Of a stretch of DNA of 64,000 bases, positions 1-12,999 are shown in pieces. The notes beneath the pieces were generated by a model. The model was given only the letters and a program-made list of their open reading frames with translations. It made no database searches and was not told the origin of the DNA. Location: positions 110,920,001 to 110,984,000 of the forward strand of contig NW_024704742.1 of assembly GCF_018977255.1 (NCBI RefSeq), read 5' to 3'. This DNA is from Callorhinchus milii. Lineage: Eukaryota. A program made the position numbers and the translations under genes. The stretch's first letter is position 1, and the number at the start of each line of letters is the position of its first letter.

Positions 1-291
1 CACTCGCTTTGCAAACGAGAGACCTGAGTTCAATTTCAGACAGGGCGAAACCTTGGGCAAGTTTCCTTACTCCACACAGAGCCTAATAATAATCCCTCCA
101 AAACCAAAAACAATAATAAATTGGTCATTTTCAATCTACGACTGTTTGTGGGACATTGCTGTGCGCAATTGGCTGCCGCGTTCGCCCACAAATATACAGT
201 CAATTCACTTTACAGTGTGTTCTGTGAAGCACTTTGGGACGTCCTCCCGACGTGAAAAGCGCTATATCAAATGCAAGGATTATTATTATTA
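1..291 (+). mobile_element. Young tRNA-derived SINE (5' end cut by window)
   Basis: Near-identical to 4917-5215; (att)n tail abuts the CR1. Confidence 0.93.
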
Positions 292-294
292 TAA

Positions 295-2440
295 CTCGCT
301 GCGTGAAAAAAAAATTCTCACCTCCCCTCTGCTTTTTTTAGAGACTATTTTAAATCTGTGACCTTGAGCCACCGACACACGCAACAGTGGAAACAGTTTT
401 TCCCTTTCTAACCTATCAAATCCCCTCATGATTTTGAACACCTCTATTAGGTCTCCTCGTAACCTTCTCTGCTCCAATGAGAATAATCCCGGCCTCTCTA
501 GCCTTTCCTCATAATCAGGTCCCTCATTCCTGGTACCATCCTTGTAAATCTCCTCTGCACCCTTTCCAATGCCTTAACATCCTTCCTATAGTGTGGTGCC
601 CAGAACTGGGCGCAGTATTCTAACTGAGGCCTAACCAGTGTTTTATATAGGTTAATCATAACCTCCCGACTCTTGTACTCTATGCCCCTATTTATAAAGC
701 CTAGTATCCCATATGCCCTTTTTACAGCTTTATCTACCTGTCCTGCCACCTTCAATGATTCATTTACCTGAATTCCCAGGTCTCTCTGTTCTTTTACCCC
801 CCCCTTAAGATTGTATTACCAGCCTATATTGCCTCCTCTCATTCTTTCTACCAAGATGCATTACCTCGCATTTCTCCACATTGAAATTCATCTGCCATGC
901 GTCTGCCCATTTTACCATTCTGTCTATGTCTTCCTGCAGTTGGCTCCTATCCTTCTCACTGTTTACCACCCCACCTAATTTTGTGTCGTCCCCAAACTTG
1001 GAAATGGTACTTGCTATACCCAAGTCCAGATCATTTATATATATTAAGAAGAGCAGTGGTCCTAATACCGATCCCCGGGGGACGCCACTATACACTTCCC
1101 TCCAGTCAGAAAAGCAACTGTTCACCACAACTCTCTGCTTTCTGTCTTCCAGCCAGTTCTGGATCCATGCTGCCACTGTCCCTTTTATACCATGGGCTTC
1201 TATCTTTCTTACTTTCATGTGGCACTTTGTCAAATGCCTTTTGAAAGTCCATATAACTGCATCAACTGCACTACCTTAATCCACCCTCCCTGTTACCTTA
1301 TTGAAAAAATTCTAATAGATCTGCCTTTAACAAATCCGTGCTGGCTGTCCCTAATTAACCCGTATTCTTCTAAGTGAAGATTTATTCTGTCCCGGATTAT
1401 AGTCTCCAGGAGTTTCCCCATTACTGATGTTAGGCTGACTGGCCTGTAGTTCCCAGGTTTGTCCCTTTTTGTACAGGGGAGTCACATTGGCCACTCTCCA
1501 GTCCTCTGTCACCACCACTGTGTCCATCGAAGATTGAAAAATTGTAGCCAAACCCTCCGCTATTTATTCCCGTGCCTCCCATAGTACCCTTGGTTGAATC
1601 CCGTCCAGACTGGGCGACTTATCCACCTTCAGCCCAGTCAACCTTTTCAGTACTTCCTCTCCTTTTATACTGATCCTATCCATTTCTTCTCCCCTCTCTT
1701 CCGATACTGCGGCATTTGGTGCTTCCACTTCTTTTGTGAAGACAGATGCAAAGTACTCATTCAGTACATCAGCCATGCCCTCTGCCTCCACAATAAGATT
1801 TCCGCTTTGGTCCTTGATTGGTCCCACCCTACCTTTGACTAACCTTTTTTTGTTGATGTGTTTGTAAAATATTTTAGAATTCCCTTTAATGTTACCCGCT
1901 AACCTTTTTTCATATAATCTTTTTGCCCCTCTTATTTCCTTTTTCAAACTTCTTCTGCACTTCCTATATTTTATTTGGTTGTCTTCTGTGTCTTGGGTGA
2001 CATTTGTCATACGCTTCCTTCTTCTGCTTCATTCTAGATACAGTTACCTTCATCATCCAGGGAGGTTTGGATGCCCTAGTTTTCCCTTTTGTGGGAATGT
2101 ATTTATTCTGTCCCCAAGCTATCTGATGCTTGAGGACTTCCTGCTGCTCTTTAGTTGTTTTACCTGTCAATCTTTCTTTCCAGTCCACCTTGGTTAGGTC
2201 CCTTTTTATCTCACTGAAATTTGCCCTCTTCCACTTGAGTATCTTCACCTTAGATGGTTCCTTGTCTCTTGCCATATGCACTCTGAATCTAATGATGTTA
2301 TGATCACTGTTGCCCAGATGCTCTCCCACTGAAACCTGCTCCATTTGCCCTACTTCATTCCCCAGAACTAGATCCAGCACTGCTTCCTTCGTTGTTGGGC
2401 TGGAAACGTATATTCTTTCCAAGGCCTTGACATTGTTCCT
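295..2440 (-). mobile_element. CR1-clade LINE ORF2 fragment (endonuclease C-terminus + reverse transcriptase), frameshifted
   Basis: Minus ORFs carry VLDLVL..HLGNSDHNII, GVPRGSVLGPLLFLIYINDLD, KFGDDTKL, LVRPQLEYC and RRLRGDLIE. Confidence 0.95.
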
Positions 2441-2781
2441 CAAGTAAAACATCAGAATTGGGCACAGAATTCCAAACTATGGACAAATCAACGATTTACA
2501 GTGTCCTGAGTGTTTGGGACATGCCGTCTTTCCTCTTATCTCAAACTGCAAGACAAAGTAGAGACCAGGAATAAGAAGACAAATCTTAACTTTTATCCTT
2601 CTACGGAGATTTTGTCCTTCAAACAAGGATGTCCCCATTCCTTTGTGACTTAGCCTTATCGAAAACCTTACAAAAAGGAATCATCTTCCAGGCTCTCTCA
2701 AACTTCATATCTCTTGGCTGCTGGAAGAGATTCTACCAGTGACAATGATGTACACTGCTTTCCTCTTGCCTTGCTCTTCAG

Positions 2782-3085
2782 ATAATAATAATAATAATCC
2801 TTGCATTTGATATAGCGCTTTTCACGTCTTCTCGATGTCCCAAAGCACTTCATAGAACATACTGTAAAGTGAATTGACTGTATATATGTGGACGAAACAC
2901 AGCAGCCAATTGCGCACAGCAGTGTCCACAAACAGTCGTGCATTGAAATAATCAATTTATTATTTTTTAGAGGGATTATTATTAGACGTGTGGAGTAAAG
3001 AAACTTGCTCAAGGTTTTACCCTGCCTGGAATTGAACCCAGGTCTCTCACTTGTAGGCAAGTGCTCTAACCACTGAGCTACAATA
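2782..3085 (-). mobile_element. Young tRNA-derived SINE, near full length
   Basis: Reverse complement of the 4888-5215 family. Confidence 0.92.
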
Positions 3086-4887
3086 CCTTGCACTCACTCC
3101 CACACAAGCGAAATTAATTTACTAAAATATTGTATCCTGATGATTTCTCCCTGTAAAGAAAAGAGAAGAAACGATTTTTTTTCAACTTTCTCTGATCACA
3201 AAGAATGGAATTGATTCTTTGGAGGCAATAGATATTGTTGGTTGGCAATTTTATTTACGCAAAAGGTTAATCAATTACTGGAACAGGTAGCCAGGAAAGG
3301 TGGTAGTGGCCAGTACCCTAGAATTATTTGAAAAGCACAATGCTTTCAACTAAGGGATCGCAATTGTAGTGTTCCTAAACACATTCTGATCCTTAATAAA
3401 TAAACAAGGTTAAAATGTGCATACCCCCCTCAGTATAGAGGTTCTCAAAGCCAACTGAAAACATCACGAGCCTCATTGCGGCATCCCGAGGTGAGGCCAA
3501 TGTTTAGAAGTCAGACCAGCTATTTGAAAGCTGTAGATATAGTAAAGTTGTAATTCTGTAAAGCGGCCACAAGATCAGAACTAGAGTCCAAAACATCTAT
3601 TTATGTTGCTGAAAAAGTAAAGGATCCAATTAGTGCTTTGGTTGTAAACAGGAGATTGCTACAATCCACATTTGTATTTCACAGCCACCATATTCTTATG
3701 CTGTATTTGTATGAATTCTTACCTTATTTAGGCCCAGCTGCACAGATTCACTGAAATGCAGCCTTACTAGATGGTAATGCAAGATGACAGCTCACACCAT
3801 CTTCAGCCAGTTTGGGCATAACAGTTATTCAGCAATCAGGAGGAGGGGAATATTTCAATACACATTTTAACATTTCTGAATCAGAAAATGGAATTTATGT
3901 AGAATTCCTGCAATTTTGATTCCATTATATTTTCGTGTAATATCTAACAGTGCAACTAAAATAGCCAGTTAACCTTGCTTAAAGGATATGGGAAAATAGG
4001 TGTAACTATAATAAGTGATAAAACAAGTTGCAGTGACACAGATACAGTGCATATTTTGCTCTATTATATCTTGTTAATAGTGAATAACATTAGTACATAT
4101 ACATTATTACCATACAGTATATGCATTAGAAATACAAAATGGAGGACTGGAGGAGTGCTGTATCTCATTTGTTTGATAACAGAATATTGCCATCATTCTC
4201 TCTACTCTACCACTGCTATACTCTTTAACCTACTCCTCAAACATAGTGCCACAAACTACAGTCTAACAACTCTCACTGAGATTCATCTGACTCCAGTTCA
4301 ACTCTGAATCTTGCCCCAAACACATTAACCTCACAGGGTCGAGTAATACTTTGGTAAGGTATTTTTTGCAGCCAATTCAAAAGTGGAAATATTTACTATT
4401 GATTACAGACCATCCAGATTTATTAGCACAAGGTGTTTTTTTAAAAAAGGCTGATTCACATTTTTTGTTTCTGTGGTGACAACAATTTGCATTTATATAG
4501 CACCCTTCAATCAGGGTAGTGTCCCGGAGTACTACACAGTAAGCGTAGTAATGTTCTCCAAGGTTGGGGATTTCAACCCGGTGGTAGAATTTTGCCTCTA
4601 TAAAGCTGACTTGCTTATTTTTGTTTTGGCTGCAGAAAACAAAACACTCCCCTTTTTGGGTCTGTCACAATTTCCCTGTGTTTTCTGGGGAGGTACTTTA
4701 TCAACTTTCAGTTCAGACCCATGAATATATACAACTCAGCTGTATAATAATTAGCACTTAAACCAGAGGTGAGGAACTCCCCAGGACTTTCTCACCTCTG
4801 ATTTCTTATCAGCCTCTCTAACTACTCACTCAGACTCAAAGGAATTAACTGAGTCAGGGACCAGTTACTTTTCCTTGCCCCCCATTC

Positions 4888-5215
4888 GTGGAGTCCTGTG
4901 GCTCAGTGGTTAGAGCACTCGCTTTGCAAGCGAGAGACCTGAGTTCAATTCCAGGCAGGTTAGGGCGAAACCTTGGGCAAGTTTCCTTACTCCACACAGA
5001 GCCTAATAATAATCCCTCCAAAACCAAAAACAATAATAAATTGGTCATTTTCAATCTACGACTGTTTGTGGGATATTGCTGTGCGCAATTGGCTGCCGCG
5101 TTTGCCCACAAATATACAGTCAATTCACTTTACAGTGTGTTCTGTGAAGCGCTTTGGGACGTCCTCCCGACGTGAAAAGCGCTATATTAAATGCAAGGAT
5201 TATTATTATTATTAT
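4888..5215 (+). mobile_element. Young tRNA(Ala)-like SINE, full length (reference copy)
   Basis: A box TGGCTCAGTGG, anticodon arm CTCGC-TTTGCAA-GCGAG, B box GTTCAATTC, ccttgggcaagt, Deu-like tgctgtgcgcaattggctgccgcg, L2-like tail, (att)n. Confidence 0.95.
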
Positions 5216-5391
5216 TTCTCCTATTCTTCCCACGCTGCAATGGTTCTCAGAATCTTTGCTGAATTACTTTAAGCCTTGTCTTGACCTTCAAATTTCTCCA
5301 TGATCTCGCAATTATTTATTCTATACAATCCACTTAAATTTGATGCTCTGCTTCTCCAATTCTGGTCTATCACTTGATCTTCATTCCAATT

Positions 5392-5580
5392 GCCAATTGC
5401 ACACAGCAGTATCCCACAAACAGTCGTGGATTGAGTGACCAATTTATTATTGTTTTTTTTCTTGATTATTATCAGGTGTGGAGTAAGGAAACTTGCCCAA
5501 GGTATCGTCCTGCTGGAAAGCGAACCTAGCTCTCTCACTTGCGAGACGAGTGCTCTAACCACTGAGCTATAGGACTCCAC
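5392..5580 (-). mobile_element. Same SINE family, 5' half
   Basis: Reverse complement of 4888-5095. Confidence 0.85.
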
Positions 5581-7020
5581 AGTTTGTCATTTTAACCATT
5601 TTGTGACGCTCTTATTCTATGTGAAAGATGCTATATAAGTGCAAGTATTTGCTGTTATTACTTTCCCTTCAATCATAACATGTGAAAGAATTGTTACAAT
5701 GGAAAGAGCAGAAGATACAAGTTGGTGCATAAATTGCTCCTCTGTCATCCACAGTCCATAACTGGATTTCTGAGTTTTCAACAAATATGTTATTTCTTTC
5801 ACATATTCAAATAAAGTCATGACATCCTCAAATATCATTCATTGTCTACATGTGGTTTTATTCTTTATAGTGTCCGACTGTGTTACTGTAAGAGCCTCTA
5901 AAATGGAGTTAAAAATGACTAATTTACTGTAAAAGCTAATATAAGACATCTTGATGAGAAAGTAAGGTACATATCAAAACCAAAGATTATTATATAAAAC
6001 TGACTGACTGTGTTACTATAAGAGCTCATAGTGTGGCGTTCACTTACAAAATACACAACTGATGACACTTTACAGTACTATATATCCTATGAAATGCTTT
6101 GAGGCATCCTCCCAACGTGAAATTGCTGCATCAAATGTAAGGATTATTATTATAAGAAAGCATCCCAACTCTCAAGGCAAAGGAAGAGTGATGTGAAGCA
6201 CAGGTGCACTGGGATTGTTTTTCCCGAATCCTCTTTTTAGTGAAGTGGAATGTGCTGTATATTCCTAATATTGGAATCTCTGATGATCCTAATCCCAAAG
6301 CTTTTCTTAATATTCCACCGAACATACCTACTACTTTTGCAGCCTCAGGCAATGATCACTGATAAAGATTATCACTATTGGGATCGTTATTTCTTTATAC
6401 AATTTGTGCCAGCAATTTCCCACAAACAGCCATAAAGCAAAAGACTAATTTTATCTGGGAGATTGTTGGCCAGGATCCCGGGAAAAACTCCATTCAGGAA
6501 TTTCCATGATGACTCAACCAGTGGAGTTATCACAGAAGTTCCTGAACAATTCCTGGTAAATCAACTGACCATTGCTAGCATTATTGGGACTATCATAGCT
6601 TATTACAATACTTTCACCTTTCCCATGGTTGTATTATATTGATTTGTTAATCATACGTGGTAACATGGTTTATCATAGTTTGCTACTGAGACAGACTCTG
6701 GATGAGTCATTACTAATGAAATCCAGATAATGAAATCCAGATGAGATTCATACAAGAGAATTTATTTACACCCCATTAAACTGACAAGTTTCAGAATTAG
6801 TTCTGTTTACTGGGATCATCTGAATTATTTAAACTAAAAAATATTTATTACAACTACAACTTGAATGTATAGAGCGCCTTTTATGTGAGTAGCATCTTGG
6901 ATTGTTTAAGAGTGGTGTAGTTTGATGCTGAATTAAAAAGAACAGGCAAAGAGGAAAGTCTTTGGGCATGATTTGAAGACAGGCAAAGAGCGGCAAGACA
7001 AAAGAGTTGATAGACGGAGT

Positions 7021-7236
7021 TAATAATAATAATAATAATCCTTGCATTTGATATAGCGCTTTTCACGTCTTCTAGACGTCCCAAAGTGCTTCACAGAATA
7101 TACTGTAAACTGAATTGACTGTATATTTGTGGGTGAACGCGGCAGTCAATTGCGCACAGCAATGTCCCACAAACAGTCGTAGATTGAAAATGACCAATTT
7201 ATTATTGTTTTTTTGTTTTTTGGAGGGATTATTATT
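7021..7236 (-). mobile_element. Same SINE family, 3' half, inserted in an old L2 fragment (~6850-7320)
   Basis: Reverse complement of 5003-5215; the flanks join as L2-like ggagt|ccagag. Confidence 0.88.
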
Positions 7237-7874
7237 CCAGAGATTCAGGGCATAGTGTCTGATAGCACAGCCACCAATACTGGAGGAAAGGGACGAGGGA
7301 AATGCAGACAACCCAAGCCAGCTGAGTAAAGGCGGCAGGTAGTGGAATGAAATGAGAAGACATCGAAGAAGTAAACTGTAACTCAATTTGCTCCCTCTCA
7401 ATTTCTCTTCTACAAACTCAGATTGTTCTATGTGCAACTTTACTGTAACTATTGTATGTTACAGGTATATCGTTGGACAAATAAGTACATCTTATTTCAG
7501 AAGACTACATTTTATATGAATATTGTATATTAAAACAGGTTAAACAGTGTTCAGATGTGTGGTTAACAAAATGAAATAAATTGGCACAAATTTATAGATG
7601 TTAAAGTTCAAGATTGTGTGGTTAGCCTTTCCCTACTAATTTGTCTCAGTCAGGTTTTACACTTGGCTTGGCTACTTCACCATTGCTCTAAGCACATTCT
7701 CTGCACTTTGGAGGATTATATTCAGAATTTTGTTGAGCATAATTGCACAATTCAATGCTCCTCCCCATTCATTCTTATTTCTATCTGTTTGTCTCTGATA
7801 TCGTAATTTAAAATAATACATGCGTTTTTACATAGTACTTTATCATATCATTGAAACATCTTTCAATGACAACG

Positions 7875-8105
7875 GCCCCTCGAGCCTGTTCCGCCATTCT
7901 ATAAGATCATGGCTGATCTGTACCTCAAGTCCAATTACCCATCTTTGCCCTGTATCCCTTAATACGCTGAACTAACAAATATCTACCTACGTCAGTCTTC
8001 AAGATGTGAATGGATCCAGCATTCTCAGCCTTTTGGGGGAGAGAGTTCCAGATTTTCACTACCCTTTGGATGAAAAACTGTCTCCTAATTTCACTCCGAA
8101 ATGGT
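7875..8105 (-). mobile_element. CR1 3'-end fragment
   Basis: ccattctataagatcatggctgatc... matches the 3' end of the CR1 at 56470-56700. Confidence 0.8.
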
Positions 8106-8216
8106 GAGTTAGGTATGTTTTAAAGAACGTTACAGGATTTTACAGTACAGTCACTATATACTGTAAAAGTAATAATCCTTACACTTGATATAGCGCCTTA
8201 TCACAATGAGACATCT

Positions 8217-8897
8217 ACAACAACAACAACAAGATTTCATTTATAGAGCGACTTTCATGTCGGGAGGACGTCCGAAGGCGCTGGACAATTGGGTCGGGAC
8301 CCGAGCAGGGGGTAAATGGTCAGGGTGAAGGGAGGGAAGGGAGGGAGCGAGGAGGGGATAGAGAGTCGCGAGGGGAGCTGAAGGCACGGTCGAAGAAAAA
8401 GGTCTTGAGACCGGCCTTGAAGGAGGAAAGGGAGGAAGCAAGGCAAAGGCACTGGAGGATGGAGTTCCAGAGCCTAGGGGCTGAGAGGCTGAAGGCCCGG
8501 CCACCGATGGTAGGGCGGTTGGGACGGGGGATGTGGAGCAGACAGCCAGAGGAACGGAGGGTACGGGCAGGTAAGTAGGGGGATAGTAGGTCAGAGAGGT
8601 AGGAAGGAACGAGGCCGTGAATGGCCTTGTAGGTGAGGATGAGGATCTTGAATTCGATCCTCTGGGGAATGAGTTCTGAATGGCCTGAAGCTTGTGGAGG
8701 GAGGTGCCGGGAAGGCCGGTGAAGAGAGAATTCCCATAGTCCAGCCTTGAGGTGATAAAGAAGTGGACCAGTGTTTCAGCAGAGTGAGGGGTGAGGTATT
8801 GCTGTAGTCTGGCGATGTTTCGGAGGTGATGGAAGGCGGTGCCAGTTGTGGCGTGGATATGAGGAAGAAAGGACAGCTCAGGGTCGAACAGAAGCCC
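8217..8897 (-). mobile_element. L2-clade LINE 3' fragment nested inside an older DeuSINE-like copy (8170-9220)
   Basis: Homologous to the + copy at 51850-52594; (caa)n tail at 8217; SINE sequence resumes on both sides. Confidence 0.9.
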
Positions 8898-9447
8898 TTA
8901 CAGGATATACTGTAAAGTGGTGTGACCTTGTGCATTGTGTGGGTGAATGCAGTCCCTAATTTTTATACAGAAACAGCCATAGAGTAATTGAACCAATTTT
9001 ATTTGGGAGATTGTTGGCAACGACACCAGGATAAACTCCCCTTTCTTTTTGAATAGTGCCATTGGATATTTAACGTCCTTGGGATCCTTAATGTCCACCT
9101 GGAAAGACTCAGTTTAATGTTTCATCCGAAGAACAGCACCAGATAATGCTGCACACCACCAACATTGCATTGCTGTGTCAGCATAGACCATATGAGTTCC
9201 AGGTACCAATGTTGGGCTTGCGGGTGAATAATTTGAACCACATCCCAATAAATTCTGATACAGGGCAACTCCATTATACTGCAATCATATGGGTCCAATA
9301 TCCCAGACATGCGTGATAAGAAAACGAAAAAAAATGGTCGACTCTGAATCATCAGCGTTATTGATCTCATGTCCTGCATATTGTGCACATGTGTTCGATT
9401 CACAGGACATGTTATTCACTGCTCATTATGTACTTGAGCTCTGCATG

Positions 9448-9547
9448 GCCAAATTACACAGACGTGGATATAGTGCATGGAAATGAAGGAAAAATTTACA
9501 ATCTTTGAACACATCAACATTAATACTCCAATTTTGCTAGTCAGTAC
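9448..9547 (+). pseudogene. Decayed fragmentary copy of the 3' part of ARRDC3 exon 3 plus its donor site
   Basis: Aligns to 24382-24482. It reads AKLHR, then a -1 frameshift, then MEMKEKFTIFEHININTPILL|gtcagtac, versus AELHR...MKMKKEFTVFEHIDINTPLLL|gtaagtac. The last 71 nt are 60/71 identical by hand count. Confidence 0.85.
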
Positions 9548-9863
9548 ACACAATACACATGTATATTGCCCCTTAGTTTAAAAAGAAACTACTTATGTTC
9601 AGCATCTGGGACACACATGACGTGCAAGAAGTAACTATCAGTGGCTTGAGTACGGGAAGCTAGCTTATCAGTGCCAGATAATGGGTGTAACACGAGTCCG
9701 GCTAATAAACCTCTAAATGAACCCATGCTCAACTGGGTGTTGTCTAATGGAGTTTTCCATATCTTTACTGATCAATCTCTGTAAGTAATGTTTTCTGACA
9801 TGAAGGGCTCTATACAAGTGTAATTTGTTGTTGTGGTTGATGTAACATGTTATAAACAATACT

Positions 9864-10047
9864 AAATTGGTCATTTTCAATCAATGACTGTTTGTGGGAC
9901 ATTGCTGTGTGCAATTGGCTGCTGCGTTCGCCCACAAATGTACAGTCAATTCACTTTACAGTATATTCTGTGAAGCGCTTTGGGACGTCTGGAAGATGTG
10001 AAAAGCGCTATATCAAATGCAAGGATTATTATTATTATATTATTATT
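9864..10047 (+). mobile_element. Same SINE family, 3' half
   Basis: Matches 5037-5215. Confidence 0.9.
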
Positions 10048-11140
10048 AAATAGAGTTATTCTATTTTACAGGTTTTTTGCTGTGGAGCCTTTGAGGATCC
10101 AGTTTTGAAAGTCACACTGTTCAAAATAACATTGTATTGCTCTTGCTGATTTTTCTCCTCACAGTCCATTGCCTGCCTCTTTTGAAGTCATATTTGGCGG
10201 TGTGTGATACTGAGCGAAAGCCAAACAACACAGGTTGTCTTCACTTTGCAAAAGAAGCGAAAGAAGAATTTAGAAGGAAGGAATTATCCTCTTTGAATAT
10301 ATCATTAACAATCCATTCTTGCTGGTAAGTGCATTGGAATAACAGGCTGGAAATGACCATTTCAGTTTATTAACTAGATTTATAAAAAATACAGTATCTA
10401 TCTTACCCAGCAATTACCCATTGTAATTTATTTTGTTATAATGCAGATTCACCTATAGTGCAATGGGGTTGGGGACCCTAACATATAGTTACAAATAAAT
10501 CTAAATGTGGACAAAAGACCAGCTGGCTTGTTTTAAAAAGCCAGCTGATTCCCATTGCTAAAAAAAAAGTTGAGTTCCATATCATCAGATCACCACCAAA
10601 AGTCAGCCCTACCTGATGACACAAAGTCAAATACTTTTTACCATGGATCATCCACCCATAAGCGAGAATCTCTGCATGTTTATCAATTATAACAGATAAT
10701 AATACTTACATTTGATATTATAGGACCTTTCATGTCAGGAGAACACTCAAAGCTCTGGACAGGTTTTACTGTAAAGTGTTGTGACAGCATTTTGCGGATG
10801 ATTCCCTGCAGAAACACTCACCATCAATCACTCACCATTATAGCACTGGCTAGGATATTATGGACCCCAATTATCATGTTACAATGGGGCTCTACTGTAA
10901 CAAACTCCCCTGGAATTTGCTGATTCAATCTGGCTCCACTACATCCCTGTGCAGTGCATTCCACATAGTTACAACTCCCTGGGTAAATAATAATAATACG
11001 TGCATTTGATATAGTGCCTTATCACTTCTTCGAGACATGTCAAAGCAAATAAATATTTGCTCCGACTTGTTCCTTCCCTCTTCTCATTTAAGGCTCTTCT
11101 CAAAACATACTAGTACACCAGTAGAAGCTCCCTTCTCTTT

Positions 11141-11495
11141 TAATAATAATAATAATAATCCTTGCATTTGATATAGCGCTTTTCACGTCGGGAGGACGTC
11201 CCAAAGCACTTCACAGAACACACTGTAAAGTGAATTGATTGTATATTTGTGGGCGAATGCGGCAGCCAATTGCGCACAGCAATGTCCCACAAACAGTCAT
11301 AGATTGAAAATGACCAATTTATTATTGTTTTTTTTGTTTTGGAGGGATTATTATTAAGCGTGTGGAGTAAGGAAACTTGCCCAAGGTTTCACCCTGCCTG
11401 GAATTGAACTCAGGTCTCTCACTTAAATAAATAAATAAATAATCCTTGCACTTGTAAAGCGAGTGCTCTTAACCACTGAGCTGCAGGACTCCACG
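11141..11495 (-). mobile_element. Young SINE, full length, with a small internal insertion; nested in an older DeuSINE-like copy (to ~11690)
   Basis: Reverse complement of the reference copy. Confidence 0.92.
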
Positions 11496-12999
11496 AATAG
11501 GATAGGATCTTTATGAATAGGCAGACGGTCCCTCGGTTTAATGTCTCGTCCGAAGAACGGCAGCTCCGACAATGCAGCATTGCATTGAAGTGTTAGCTTA
11601 GACTATGTGATTCCAAGTCCCAGTGTGTGGCTTAAATCCACAACCTTCTGACTCAGAGGTGAAAGAGGTTACCATTGAGCCAGCCTGATACATTTAGTGG
11701 AGCTCTGAGTTTTTCCGTCTCAAAGCTGCATGGACAAGCATGGCAAACGATAGATGAATGTACTCAGGACACTGTTCTTCTGGGAACTCCTCTTGTCTAC
11801 CTTAATAGCTCTGAATTTTCTGCAAACTTAGTCCATAGAGTATAAAATAACACGTTCGGCATTTAGTTGGTTTTCAGAAGCAGTTATCACCCACTTGATT
11901 CCCATCTAGTACATCCATTCATTTATCTATGAGACACATTAAGCAAGGAGAAACATTATCAGCATGCCCGAAGAGAAACACCTGCTATTGGCAGGAACCT
12001 CCACTGCCACAATGCTAATGACTTCTTGTTTCGACTGTTCCTGCTTCAATGCAATGATTGGCTCAATGACGATTGAATTTGAAACACGCTGGATCCAGCA
12101 GGTGGCATCTCACTCTTTCATTGTCATTTCACAGATGAAACACACGTCCCATTTTTTCATTCACTGTGAAGCAGTGTGAAAAAATAACTGCCTTGATCTA
12201 AGCCATCAAATCTTTTAACTCACTTCACATTATGGCATACTTCAAATCATACTTTGATGATTCAATGTATGGTTTAATAAGACAGGAAAATCCCAGCTAA
12301 GATCCCCATGAGTGCTATCAGTCGGATATAGGTCTCTGACTAGAGGCCAGAAAAGGAAGTAAAAATAAATCGGGCTTCCTGATTTTGATGTCAGGGTTAA
12401 TTTGTATAATTTGTTGCATATTTTAGAATTCATTCTGTAATATGAATTTTAAAAGTAAATTCTGGGGGATATTTTGTGATTGTGAGAAAACTCAATCTAC
12501 AGCTTTTTTTTGGAGTTGAATATTCTTTTACATAGAGTGGACAAACAGTTTTACATATAGTTTAATCAGAAAAGGATACATTTAAAAGTTTATCTCAGTG
12601 TCCTGGCCAACAATATCCTAGAATCGATAAAATTAATTATTCACCTTGTGGCTATTTGTAGGGCATTGCTATAGATAAAAATATATATATTGTTTGCCTG
12701 CAAAAATATATAGCCACAACACTTCACAGTAAATTCTTTGGAACACTACATGAAAGGCACTGTCTACGTCAAATGGAAATGCGAAGAAAGATTGTTATCC
12801 TCTTTCGATTTCACTCAAGTTACATTCGACAACACCAGGGAAGAAAAAGGTTCTCTTGCTTGGCTCCTGTTAGTACTGGCTCACCTCAGGCATTGACAGC
12901 ATCAATCTACATGGACACATACTCCACGCCATGCAGCCAGTACAGAACTTCAGAATGTTGTTAAACTCCAAACTATCCCTTAAACCTCATATCCATGCT

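Noticed and set aside
53..361. Recurrent ORF MGKFPYSTQS...REKRYIKCKDYYYY at several loci
   Set aside because: Chance reading frame of the SINE consensus, not a gene family.
4892..4968. tRNA-Ala(TGC)-like cloverleaf
   Set aside because: It is the head of a multi-copy SINE; the T-stem is mispaired and it runs straight into SINE body sequence.
12830..12892. Faint resemblance to ARRDC3 exon 4
   Set aside because: Too few matches and no consistent frame; not distinguishable from chance.
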